Part shown: positions 28,878 to 38,874 of the stretch, in pieces
Layout of the letters: every line of letters starts with the position of its first letter
How positions within the stretch are numbered: the stretch's first letter is position 1
From: Terriglobia bacterium
GTDB taxonomy: Bacteria > Acidobacteriota > Terriglobia > Terriglobales > Acidobacteriaceae
Length of the DNA stretch: 64,000 bases
NCBI GenBank assembly: GCA_963788945.1
Contig: CAWBJB010000005.1
Coordinates: 993,012 to 1,057,011, forward strand
Reading direction: 5' to 3'
Program-made: the position numbers and the translations under genes
Notes under the pieces: generated by a model
The model's input: only the letters and a program-made list of their open reading frames with translations
Told to the model about the DNA's origin: nothing
The model's database searches: none

Positions 28878-29121
28878 GCACCTCTGCGGGACAACGCGAA
28901 AGGGTACGGCATTTCCTGTATCGCAAATATGCTAGCCGCGGTGGAATTTCCTCCTCGTCCGCGCGCCGAGCGCCCTCATCGCACACAAAATACAGAGATG
29001 GCAGGGTTCGTGCTTATTGATTGTGTTCGGAATAAATCGGTCAGGCTGATTCGACGGGAGGGGTCATGGAAAATAAGAAGAAGTGGAGGGAACTCTGCGA
29101 CCAAGCTGCCGATGAACAAGA

Positions 29122-29400
29122 CCCCTTTGCGATCGGGATCTTTAATCCGGCAAGGCAGAGCCACCGTCCCGTAGTGCGCCAGCACGTCGCGATAGAGTGG
29201 ATTCAGAGCGGGATCATAGAGGTCGGGATGAGCACGCCTTCCCGCAAGTTGTCGAGCACGGCGATGCGGGTACTGCCGCCCAGTCGACGGAAGGCTCTCT
29301 CATGCAGCGCGGCCCAGATCCGTGAGCTGGAGCGGAAGGTCAAAAAGCGTACCGCCTTGCGGCTGTACCCCAGCGTCATCACGAACAATCGGTTTTTCAA
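29122..29400 (-). pseudogene. internal fragment of an IS21-family transposase (IstA)
   Basis: VMTLGYSRKAVRFLTFRSSSRIWAALHERAFRRLGGSTRIAVLDNLREGV continues after a frameshift as LAHYGTVALPCRIKDPDRKG. Both ends are missing. Confidence 0.75.
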
Positions 29401-29673
29401 ACGAACGCTGTTCGTTCCGAAGCTGTCAACCTTTCTGAATTAGCTGGCTCTGCAAAAAATCGGCTTCCATACATTGCGGCGGGATTCTGAGCGTGGAAAT
29501 TGAGGCAGAGGAAGTTCGCCTTAATGCTTGTCGCCAACACTCTTCAGACTGACATTGACACCACAGAGCCGACCTGTAACGACACTTTTGGGCTTGCCGC
29601 ACGGCGTACCTACGTCGCTGTCACTTGCTCCGTGTTCGATCTGACAGAATGAATATGGCATGGGAGCCTGCCT

Positions 29674-29916
29674 TCACTTCCTATTGGTCTTCCTGTAATA
29701 CATGTACGCCGCCATCAACACGAGGGGTACGATCCAGTATTTCCATAAGTCTGCCAAGGCTGCGACCCAGAGCAGGATCACCAAAAATATTTCTCTACGA
29801 TAGAAATATGCTTCCAACACTCCAGAAATGGCCAGCCCTGCGAGTGCCGGTACGATTAACCATCTGCCGATATCAGCCGCATACGTAGGCATTCGCGGTA
29901 GGATCATACTGTTCAT
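29674..29916 (-). CDS. small membrane protein (80 aa, 2-3 TM)
   Basis: Hydrophobic ORF divergent from the FixH-like gene. Confidence 0.4.
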   Translation of the reverse strand: MNSMILPRMPTYAADIGRWLIVPALAGLAISGVLEAYFYRREIFLVILLWVAALADLWKYWIVPLVLMAAYMYYRKTNRK

Positions 29917-29979
29917 CAGGATTATCCTCGATTTGGCAATTCATTACGCTGCGACAGCGGCATCGGCTGGAATGCCATT

Positions 29980-30013
29980 ACATACACATACGGCTAGTTA
30001 CATGCACATACGG
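29980..30013. promoter_or_regulatory. two 14-nt direct repeats spaced 20 nt start to start
   Basis: ACATACACATACGG (29980-29993) and ACATGCACATACGG (30000-30013) lie in the divergent intergenic region upstream of 30019. Confidence 0.3.
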
Positions 30014-30018
30014 CGTCG

Positions 30019-30513
30019 GTGGTCAGACGCCGCGCACCTAGTATGAATCAGCTATTGACTGTTAAGCGACTGCCTGTGATTCTGCCTGGTTGGCTGTGCG
30101 GTCCCATCGTGCGGAGATTGGCTTACGTCCGTCTAAGCGTTCTGCTGCTCTTCGGCGTGGCCGCTTTGTTCGTGACCGAGTGTTCCAGGCCAGGCGATGC
30201 GTCTCCTGTAGTCACGGTTGAGCATGCAATCTCGCCCGAACCGCCCAGGGTCGGTCCGGCTACGGTCATCCTCAAATTGGCCGACGCCGCTGCTAGGCCT
30301 GTCCCTGGAGCGCGGATCACCGTGGAAGCAGACATGTCGCACGCGGGCATGGCGCCCGTGTTTGAGGAAGCGTCGGAAACCGGGCCGGGCGAGTACCGGG
30401 CCCATCTCAAGTTTGCCATGGCGGGAGATTGGGTCGTTCTCCTGCACGTCCGGCTGCCCGGCGGGCAAACGCTGGACCGGCAGTTCAATGTATCTGGCGT
30501 TCGCCCCAACTAG
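30019..30513 (+). CDS. FixH/YtkA-like domain membrane protein
   Basis: TM anchor plus an Ig-like domain (PRVGPATVILKLAD...ITVEADMSHAGM...GEYRAHLKFAMAGDWVV). An alternative ATG start is at 30043. Confidence 0.6.
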   Translation: MVRRRAPSMNQLLTVKRLPVILPGWLCGPIVRRLAYVRLSVLLLFGVAALFVTECSRPGDASPVVTVEHAISPEPPRVGPATVILKLADAAARPVPGARITVEADMSHAGMAPVFEEASETGPGEYRAHLKFAMAGDWVVLLHVRLPGGQTLDRQFNVSGVRPN

Positions 30514-30521
30514 GTTAGCTG

Positions 30522-31985
30522 TTGAATCCATCATCCATCCCGGCCTTGGACGCAGCCGATGCCCAACCTTTTGACTTGATGCGAGTCCCCGGACTGGGAC
30601 GCCTGTTTCGCTGGCGCTATGTGCGTCCCCTACTGCAATTGCCGCTGCTTATCGTCAGCTTCGTGATGATCCTGCATGGATTGTTCGGGCCCACGCTAGC
30701 GCCCAAGAATCTGGCGACGACTCTCAGCTGGCTTCACTTTCGCGGTGTACTGGTTCTGGTTTTGCTGTGTGCAGGGAATTTTTTCTGTCTGGCCTGCCCG
30801 TTCATGCTGGTGCGCCAGATGGCGCGGCGATTTTTCAAGCCACGATTCAACTGGCCACGGCCGCTCCGCAATAAATGGATTTCGATCGCGCTCTTCGTCC
30901 TGATCCTATTCACTTACGAGTTGTTCGATCTGTGGTCCTCGCCCTGGTGGACGGCTTGGTTGATCGTCGCCTACTTTCTCACCGTGCTCGTGTTGGATGG
31001 CTTTTTCAAGCACGCTTCCTTCTGCAAGTTCGTTTGCCCCATCGGACAATTCAACTTTGTGGCATCCACACTTTCTCCTTTCGAGGTGAAGGTGCGGAAG
31101 CTGGATGTGTGCGTAACCTGCCATACCAAAGACTGCATCCGCGGGCGGCGAGAGCCAGTCTCGGACCTGATCACGATCCGCGGCTGCGAACTGGCCCTCT
31201 TTCAGCCCAGCAAGGTGGGCAATATGGACTGCACATTCTGTCTGGATTGCGTCCATGCCTGCCCGCATGACAACATCGGAATACTGAGCCGGATGCCCGG
31301 CGACGAACTACTTACCGATCGGCTGCGATCGGGCATCGGTTATTTTTCACGCCGCAAGGATTTTGCCGCGCTCGCAATTGTTTTTACCTTCGGAGCGCTG
31401 CTGAATGCTTTTGGCATGGTCAGTCCGGTTTATGCTGTGGAGAGCTGGCTGGGAAGACTGCTACACATAAGCCATGAAGCCCCGGTGCTCGGCCTCATTT
31501 TCACTTTCTTTCTGATTCTTGAACCTGTCGTCCTGCTGGGATTGGCAGCGTGGTGCGCGCGTATGTGGGCCGGCAACCAGAGCGCGCTGCTGCCGCTGGC
31601 GGTCAGATACAGTTATGGGCTGGCCCCCATCGGCTTCGGCATGTGGCTGGCTCACTACGGTTTTCACTTTCTGACCGGACTGTACACCGTGATTCCCGTC
31701 ACACAAAGCGCGCTGGCGCATCTGGGATGGCCGATCTTGGGAGCGCCGCGCTGGACTTTGACAGGACTGCCGTCGAACATCGTGCAGGTCATCGAGATTG
31801 GATTCCTCATACTGGGATTTGCAGGGTCGCTGGTGGTAACGCACGGCCTCGCAGAGGAGGATTCGCCGGCTAAGCCGCTGCGCGCGTTCGTTCCCTGGGC
31901 GGCCGTCTGCCTCATCCTGTGGATGGCGTCGACGTGGCTGGTGTTCCAGCCCATGGAAATGCGCGCCACCCTGATGAGCGGATAG
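30522..31985 (+). CDS. polytopic 4Fe-4S ferredoxin-type membrane protein (FixG/CcoG/NapH-like)
   Basis: Cys motifs CLACPFM, CKFVCPIGQF, CVTCHTKDC and CTFCLDCVHACPHDNI, plus many TM helices. An alternative ATG start is at 30579. Confidence 0.75.
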   Translation: MNPSSIPALDAADAQPFDLMRVPGLGRLFRWRYVRPLLQLPLLIVSFVMILHGLFGPTLAPKNLATTLSWLHFRGVLVLVLLCAGNFFCLACPFMLVRQMARRFFKPRFNWPRPLRNKWISIALFVLILFTYELFDLWSSPWWTAWLIVAYFLTVLVLDGFFKHASFCKFVCPIGQFNFVASTLSPFEVKVRKLDVCVTCHTKDCIRGRREPVSDLITIRGCELALFQPSKVGNMDCTFCLDCVHACPHDNIGILSRMPGDELLTDRLRSGIGYFSRRKDFAALAIVFTFGALLNAFGMVSPVYAVESWLGRLLHISHEAPVLGLIFTFFLILEPVVLLGLAAWCARMWAGNQSALLPLAVRYSYGLAPIGFGMWLAHYGFHFLTGLYTVIPVTQSALAHLGWPILGAPRWTLTGLPSNIVQVIEIGFLILGFAGSLVVTHGLAEEDSPAKPLRAFVPWAAVCLILWMASTWLVFQPMEMRATLMSG

Positions 31986-31995
31986 TGCTGGTGTA

Positions 31996-32016
31996 GGGCG
32001 GGCGCCCTCGCCCGCC
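31996..32016. repeat. REP hairpin
   Basis: GGGCGGGCGccctCGCCCGCC sits immediately after the stop of 30522..31985. Confidence 0.6.
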
Positions 32017-32065
32017 GCGTTTCAAGTTGATCTTGGTTTTGCGGGCCTTGGCATAGCGTTCGAAC

Positions 32066-32605
32066 ATGAAAATAAGTACGGTCGGGAAAGTATCGGCTGG
32101 GTTTGCGATTGTGCTCGGATCCTTGTTGTCGGCCGAAGCCCACAATGGCCCGCCCTTTCCCATCATCGAGAACCAGAAAGTTGGACCATGCATCATTTCT
32201 CTCTGGACCCATCCGGATGTCGGCACCGGAACTTTCTTCGTGCTGATAGATCCGCTGCCCGGCGGCAAGATTCCTGATGATTTGAAGATCGAAATCGGGA
32301 TCCAGCCGGAAAGCGGGAGGCTTTCCGAAGTGGTTTACGCCGCCACACGCGAGAACAACCGAGGACAGGTAGAATACAAAGCCCTCACCCAGTTCGACCG
32401 GGATGAATTCTGGCGCGTCCGCCTGGTCCTGCTAAGCGTTCAGGGCAGCGGCGAGATTCTGTCGAGAGTGGAAGCCACGCCTCCGGGCTTTGGACGATGG
32501 GATCTTCTGTTGTACCTTTTACCGTTTCTTGCGGTCGCGTTTTTGTGGTTTCGAGGAATGACGCGCACACGTAACCGCAGGAAGAAGCTGCAGGTTGCGT
32601 GTTGA
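32066..32605 (+). CDS. exported, C-terminally anchored protein with predicted N-terminal His after signal cleavage
   Basis: The signal peptide ends ...LLSAEA followed by HNGPPFP. A C-terminal TM helix (LLLYLLPFLAVAFLWF) is present. I recognise no family. Confidence 0.5.
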   Translation: MKISTVGKVSAGFAIVLGSLLSAEAHNGPPFPIIENQKVGPCIISLWTHPDVGTGTFFVLIDPLPGGKIPDDLKIEIGIQPESGRLSEVVYAATRENNRGQVEYKALTQFDRDEFWRVRLVLLSVQGSGEILSRVEATPPGFGRWDLLLYLLPFLAVAFLWFRGMTRTRNRRKKLQVAC

Positions 32606-32699
32606 TCAGGAGGAGAGAGTCTTGACGGTAACCAGCTCCACGCGGATCAATCCGTCGCGTCGATGGCGAGCGTGCCCGGATGGGCATACCCGGCGATCC

Positions 32700-35600
32700 A
32701 TGAGTGTTCAATGTTCCCTTCTGCCTCTTACCTTGGCCGCCCTGGTCGCGGTCTCGGGATGCCGTTCGGCACCCAAGTTGCCTGACAAAAATTCCAAGGT
32801 CTATGCGGATGTGGTTTCGGTCTTCTACGTCGGTCTCGCGGCGCTGCAGGTGGGCGATGACGTTCACGCTGAAAGCAAGCTCTCCGAGGTGACACAACTG
32901 GTCCCAAGCGAGCCTGCGGGATGGGCCAACTGGGGAATACTCGCGCTGCGGCAAAGAAACTACGACACCGCGGCGCAAAGACTTGACCGGGCACGCGATC
33001 TTGCCCCAAAGAACGACCATATCTACGACCTGCTTGGAATTTTGGAAAGCCAGCGCGGCCATTCTGCCGAGGCGATTGCCGACTTGCGGAAGGCGGCCGA
33101 GCTGAATCCCCAGAACTTGCGGGCGATCTATCGGCTGGCGGAAGAAACGGAACGTCAAGGCGATGAAAACGGCGCGGTCGAAGTTCAACAGCTGCTGCAA
33201 AAGATTCTGACTGCTCAACCGGACAATCTGGCCGCGCTGCTTGAGTTGAGCCGAGTTGCGGCGAAGCGCGGCGATGCTGCCACTTTGAAATCGGCAGTCG
33301 CACAGATCAGCGCCCATTCGTCGGCATGGCCACCGGAGGTGCAACATCAGCTTGCGGCAGTGCAGTCTGCCGCATCCGGAGCGGACCTGCATCCTGCCGC
33401 TACGCAGACCACGTTTTTGCGCAATGTGATGATGCGCGTGCCCGAGTATCGTCAGAGTCTGACGGCGATCAAGGCGCCTCCCGGCGATGAGGCCGAGCCC
33501 TTCACCCGCTTCCTGCGGCTCGAGTCACCCGTCTTCCGCCCAGCTCCGGCCGACACCGCTCTGACCTTCAATATCCAACCGCTCTCCGATCTGGGCGCTA
33601 GCAATTCCGGTAAATGGAGTTGGATTGGAGCAATTCCGCTGGGCAGCACGGGCGCGCCGGTTGTGGCCGTAGCCAATGGCCGCGAGGTGCGCTTGTCCAC
33701 CGGCGCAAAAATTCCCTTTCCCGGCGGGCCATCCGGATTAGCACCACAGCCCGAGGGCATCGTGCCGGTCGATTTCAATTACGATTTCAAGACCGACCTC
33801 GTGCTGGCCGGGGCTGGCGGCGTGCGTCTGTTGCGACAGGACAATCCCAACACATTCACCGATGTAACGCGCGCAGGCCAAATTGCCCAAGCTGGTCGCC
33901 AATGCCCACTACACCGGCGCGTGGGCGGTGGATATCGAAGCGGACGGCGATCTCGACCTCGTGCTCGGCGCAAAAGACGGCATCCCGACGGTCTTGAGAA
34001 ATAATGGGGACGGCACCTTCCTGCCCATTCATCCCTTTGCCGGAATTTCAGGCGTGACCGGCTTTGCCTGGGCGGATCTCGACGGTGACGGAAATCCTGA
34101 CGCCGCGATCATCGATGGCGCCAGCAAGCTTCACGTCTTCATGAATCTTCGCCAGGGACAGTTCCAGGAGCGTTCGCTGCCGTCTGGTTTGTCGTCCGTC
34201 AAAGCGGTGGCTGTGGCGGACGCCAACAATGACGGAATTCTCGACCTCCTCGCGGTGCAGGCCGACGGCGCCATCCTTCGGATTTCGGACAAGAACGAAG
34301 GACAAAGCTGGGAAACCGCAGAGATTGCCAGGGTTCCGAACGCCGGCAGCAATCTCGCGGGCGAGGTGCGTTTGCACGTCGCTGATTTGGACAACAACGG
34401 AGCGCTCGATCTGTTTCTCTCGCCCACGACACGCACTAAGGGCGGCAGCCCGCCGACAGGCGTTAGTCTGGCTCGGCGACGCAAATGGCAGTTTTACACT
34501 ACCGACTCATCCAGTGAGACCAGCGTTGGTCTTCGACGCCGCGGACCTTGGCAGTGATGGCCATCTCGATCTTCTGGAGCTCGGCGCCGATGGACAAGCG
34601 GTACAGAGCAATCAATCAGAGCCCAAAGAACTATCACTGGCAGATCGTACGGCCGCATGCGGTGCAGGCGGTTGGCGATCAGCGCATCAATCCGTTCGGG
34701 GTTGGCGGCGAAATCGAAATTCGTTCCGGCTTGCTTTTGCAGAAGCAGCCGATCACCGGGCCACAACTTCATTTCGGACTGGGAGAGCAGACCGAGACCG
34801 AAGTGGTGCGGGTCATCTGGCCGAATGGCACGGTGCGCGCCGAGTTTGGGGTAAAAGCTGACCAGGACGTCGTGACCGAACAGCGCCTCAAGGCTTCGTG
34901 TCCATTCCTCTTCGCGTACAACGGAAAGGAAATGGAGTTTGTGAAGGACGCGGTACCCTGGGGTTCGGCGATCGGATTGCGCATCAACACGCTGGGCTCG
35001 GCGCAAATCGCTGCCACGGGCGAGTGGTACAAAATCGGGCGTGACCAGCTCGTGCCTCACGACGGCTTCTACGATATCCGTGTCACAGCGGAATTGTGGG
35101 AGGTCTACTACTACGACTATCTGGCGCTGATGACGGTTGACCATCCGGCCGGCACGGAGATCTTTGTGGATGAGCGCTTCGTGATTCCGCCGGCGAAACT
35201 TGGCATCACCACGGTCGCCACTCCTCACGAGATTGCGCGCGCGATGGACGACACCGGCCAGGATGTTACCGACCTGGTCAGCACGCTCGACGGAAAAGCC
35301 GTGGGCAGTTTCGGTCGCGGCCAGTTCCAGGGTGTGACTCGCGATCATTACCTTGAAGTCGATCTCGGCGATGACGCGCCGAGGAGCGGCCCGCTTTACC
35401 TGATCGCGCAGGGTTCGATCCACGATACCGAGTCATCGGTGAACGTCGCCATCACGCAGGGCAGCCGTTGGCGTGCCCACGGCCTAAGCGTTGAAGTGCC
35501 TGACGGCTCGCGGCGGCTGGGTCACAGCGCAGGACAACCTGGGCTTTCCCGCCGGCCGCAAGAAAACGGTCCTGTTTAATCTGACGAATGTGTTTCGTCC

Positions 35601-36204
35601 CGGGACGCCACGCAAGGTGCGACTGCGCACGAATCTCGAAATCTACTGGGACGCGATCCACTGGGCGAAGGGAGCGCCGGACGCGCCCCTCAAAGAAACC
35701 ACTCTGGATCCGTCGGTGGCCGATCTTCACTATCGCGGCTACTCGGTGATGCAAATGCCGGTAGGCGCGGGCGCGCCGGAAGTCCCGGACTACAACCGGA
35801 TCGAAGGAACCAAGCAGCACTGGCGCGACCTGATCGGCTATTACACGCGCTACGGCGACGTTCGCGAACTGCTCACCACCATTGATGACCGCTACGTCAT
35901 CGTGAATTCGGGAGACGAAATGTCGCTGCGTTTTCCCGAACAACCGCCGCCGCCGGCAGGCTGGGTGCGCGACTTCGTCATCAAGGGAGACGGCTGGATC
36001 AAGGACGGAGATTTCAATTCAACGTTCTCCAAGACCGTGCTGCCGCTGCCCTACCACGCCAAGAACGAATACACGACGCGGCCGGGCGCGCTCGAGGATG
36101 AGTGGGTCTATCGCCAGCATCCCGAAGACTGGCAGAACTATCACACACGCTACGTGACTCCCCAGGTCTTCAAGAATGCATTGCGGAGCGGACTGTCCCA
36201 ATGA
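32700..36204 (+). CDS. giant lipoprotein: TPR + FG-GAP/VCBS repeats + ASPIC/UnbV-like domain + C-terminal domain (about 4 frameshifts)
   Basis: Lipobox LVAVSGC, TPR units, FG-GAP Ca-loops (DIEADGDLDLV, DLDGDGNPD, DANNDGILDLL, DLDNNGALDLF) and NPFGVGGEIEIRSG...HFGLGEQTETEVVRVIWPNG. The pieces lie in ORFs 32595, 33883, 34229, 34548 and 35491. Confidence 0.8.
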
Positions 36205-37999
36205 CCAGCAACCGCGTCGCAAGGGCCATTCTCGGTATCATTTTCGTCGCGCTGCTCGTGGCTCCGCTTGTGCTCAAGCGATTGTCAGCGCGGCGCACCG
36301 CCGAGAAGTCAAGCGCCGATGCTAAAACAACGCTGGCTCGGCACGGCTTCTATCTGCAGGAAGTTTCCCAGGCTGCGGGCATTCAGTTTGTTCACCAGGC
36401 GCCGGAGCTCGATCCCAAACTGCAGCCCCATCATGCCGGAGGTCGCTTCGATGGGCGCGTCGGTCTCCATCGTCGATTTCGATCGCGACGGCTGGTCGGA
36501 CATCTACGTGGTCAACAGCGCCATCGGCAGCAAGAATGCTCTCGTACCGCAATCTGGGCGACGGCACTTTCAAGGACGTAGCCTCCGAACTCGGCATTGC
36601 CGATGTCAATCAGCCGGGCACCGGAGTTTCCACCGGCGCGGTGTGGGGCGACTACGACAACGATGGCTACGAAGACCTGTTCCTGATCAAGTGGGGACGC
36701 CCTGAGCTCTACCACAACGACCAGGGCCACGGCTTCACCCGGGTGAGCGAGCAAGCCGGACTGCCGCCCTGGATCAATGCCAACACCGCCATCTGGTTTG
36801 ATTACGACGGCGATGGGCTGCTCGACCTCTTTGTCGGCGGTTACTATGCCGAAGACATTGACCTCTGGCATATCGCCACCACGCGGATCATGCCCGAGAG
36901 TTTTGAGTATGCCAAGAATGGCGGACGAAAATATCTGTTTCACAATCTGGGCCACGGAAAGTTTGAAGAAGTCGCGGAGAAAAGTGGCATCAACAGCCGG
37001 CGCTGGGCGCTGGCCGCGGCCGCGGCCGACCTGCGCGGCACCGGGCATCCTGATCTGTTCATCGCCAACGACTACGGAGTTTCCGAGCTCTATTTCAATG
37101 ACGGAAAGAAGTTTCATGAAGTAGGGCAAGCAGACCGGCGTGGGCTTTGCGCCCAAGAGCGGAATGAACGCCGCGTTCGGCGACATCCTGAACCAGGGCC
37201 GATACGCTGTTTACGTTTCAAATATTTCCGAGGACGGCATTCTCATCCAGGGAAATAATCTGTGGGTGCCAAAGCAAGGAACTGCCGGGGACGCCATCAA
37301 GTACGAGAACCTGGCGCGGGATTTCGGAGTCGAACTCGGCGGCTGGAGTTTCGGCGCGCAGTTCGGCGATTTGAACAACGATGGGACTCTCGACCTCTAC
37401 CTCACGAACGGCTACATCTCGCTCGACCGTAACCGCAGCTACTGGTATGACTTTTCCAAAGTCGCTGGCGGCAACAGCACGATCATCGGCGACGCCAAGA
37501 ACTGGCCGGCGTTTGAAGGCCGCAGTTTGTCGGGCTATCAATCGAAGCGGCTGTGGTTGAACGATGGCGCCGGAAAGTTTGTCGACGTGGCCCAGGCGGT
37601 CGGTGTCGCGACACTTACGACGGTCGCGCCGTCGCGCTGGCAGACTTGTGGAATCGCGGCGTGCTCGACGTCGTGGTGGCCAACCAAAAGGGTCCGCTGC
37701 TGGTTTACAAGAACACCGTGACCCCGGAAAATGAGTGGATCGAATTTGAGCTGGAAGGCACCGCGAGCAACCGCAGCGCGATCGGCGCCCGGGTCACATT
37801 GTTCTGGAACGGACAGCAGCAGGTGCAGGAGGTTTCAGGCGGCAGTGGTTTCGCCGCACAGAATCAGCGCCGGCTGCATTTTGGACTAGGAAAATATCCG
37901 CAACTGGAGAAGGCCGTGATTCGCTGGCCTTCCGGCAAGCTGCAGACCATCGACAAGCCTGCTGCCGGCCAACTCTACAAGATCAAGGAGCCTGCATGA
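36201..37999 (+). CDS. CRTAC1-family protein (FG-GAP repeats + ASPIC/UnbV domain), about 4 frameshifts
   Basis: Its ATG overlaps the upstream stop (ATGA). Contains DFDRDGWSDIYV, DYDNDGYEDLF, DYDGDGLLDLF and DLNNDGTLDLY, and a C-terminal NRSAIGARVTL...SGGSGFAAQNQRRLHFGLG. Confidence 0.85.
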
Positions 38000-38856
38000 G
38001 CCAGCCGATGACTGTGCCGTCGAGCCCGCTGCCGTCCTCGCCTGCGAGGTGGAAGCAATTCATCAGCCTCGACAATCGCTACATCGCTCCGATTTTCATT
38101 ACCTGCATCCTGCTGGTGGGACACCTGTCGTTCGGCATTCTCGAAAGCTACCAGAGGACGCTGCTGGCGATCGTCGTCAGCATCGCGACCGAGCTGACGC
38201 TGGGCCGGATTTTCTTTCACAAGTGGGTGCATCCGGCGAGCGCGTACATCAGCGGAATCAGCGTGGGAATTCTGCTGCGCTCGCCTGCGTTCTGGCCCTA
38301 CGCCCTGTGCGCGGCAATTTCCATCATGTCCAAATATGTGTTGCGCATTAAGGGGCGCCATATCTGGAACCCATCGAATTTCGGCATCTCGGCCATGCTT
38401 TTTCTCGTCCCTGAGACCGTGGCCGGTTTGAGCATTCAGTGGGGCAACTATCTATTGCCGATGCTGGTGATCTGGGTGCTGGGCTCGGTCATAATCTGGC
38501 GCTTGCGGCGCTTTCATATCACCTTCACGTATGTGGCGTCATTCATCGCTTTCGGTTTCATGCGCAGCTGGTTGACGGGAAGCCCCTGGCAGTCCGAGAT
38601 TGCACCAATCACCGGACCGATGTACCAGCTTTTCATTTTCTTCATGATTACCGACCCGAAAACCACAGTGCGAACGAAGAAATGGCAATGCATTGTCGTT
38701 TTTCTGGTGGCTGTGGTTGAGATGATCATGCGCATGTACCAGATCGTTTACGCTCCGTTCTATGCGCTATTCATCGTCGGACCAACGGCCATGCTGATCG
38801 AAATTTGGCTGGATTCGCGGCGCGCGAGTGCGGAAAAACTGGCGGTGGCCCGCTGA
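37996..38856 (+). CDS. polytopic membrane protein, UnbU-like / RnfD-NqrB-like motifs
   Basis: Intact 286-aa ORF whose ATG overlaps the upstream stop. About 8 TM helices, with motifs HIWNPSNFG and FFMITDPKT. The family call is from memory. Confidence 0.55.
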   Translation: MSQPMTVPSSPLPSSPARWKQFISLDNRYIAPIFITCILLVGHLSFGILESYQRTLLAIVVSIATELTLGRIFFHKWVHPASAYISGISVGILLRSPAFWPYALCAAISIMSKYVLRIKGRHIWNPSNFGISAMLFLVPETVAGLSIQWGNYLLPMLVIWVLGSVIIWRLRRFHITFTYVASFIAFGFMRSWLTGSPWQSEIAPITGPMYQLFIFFMITDPKTTVRTKKWQCIVVFLVAVVEMIMRMYQIVYAPFYALFIVGPTAMLIEIWLDSRRASAEKLAVAR

Positions 38857-38874
38857 TCTTGGGAGAACTGACCG

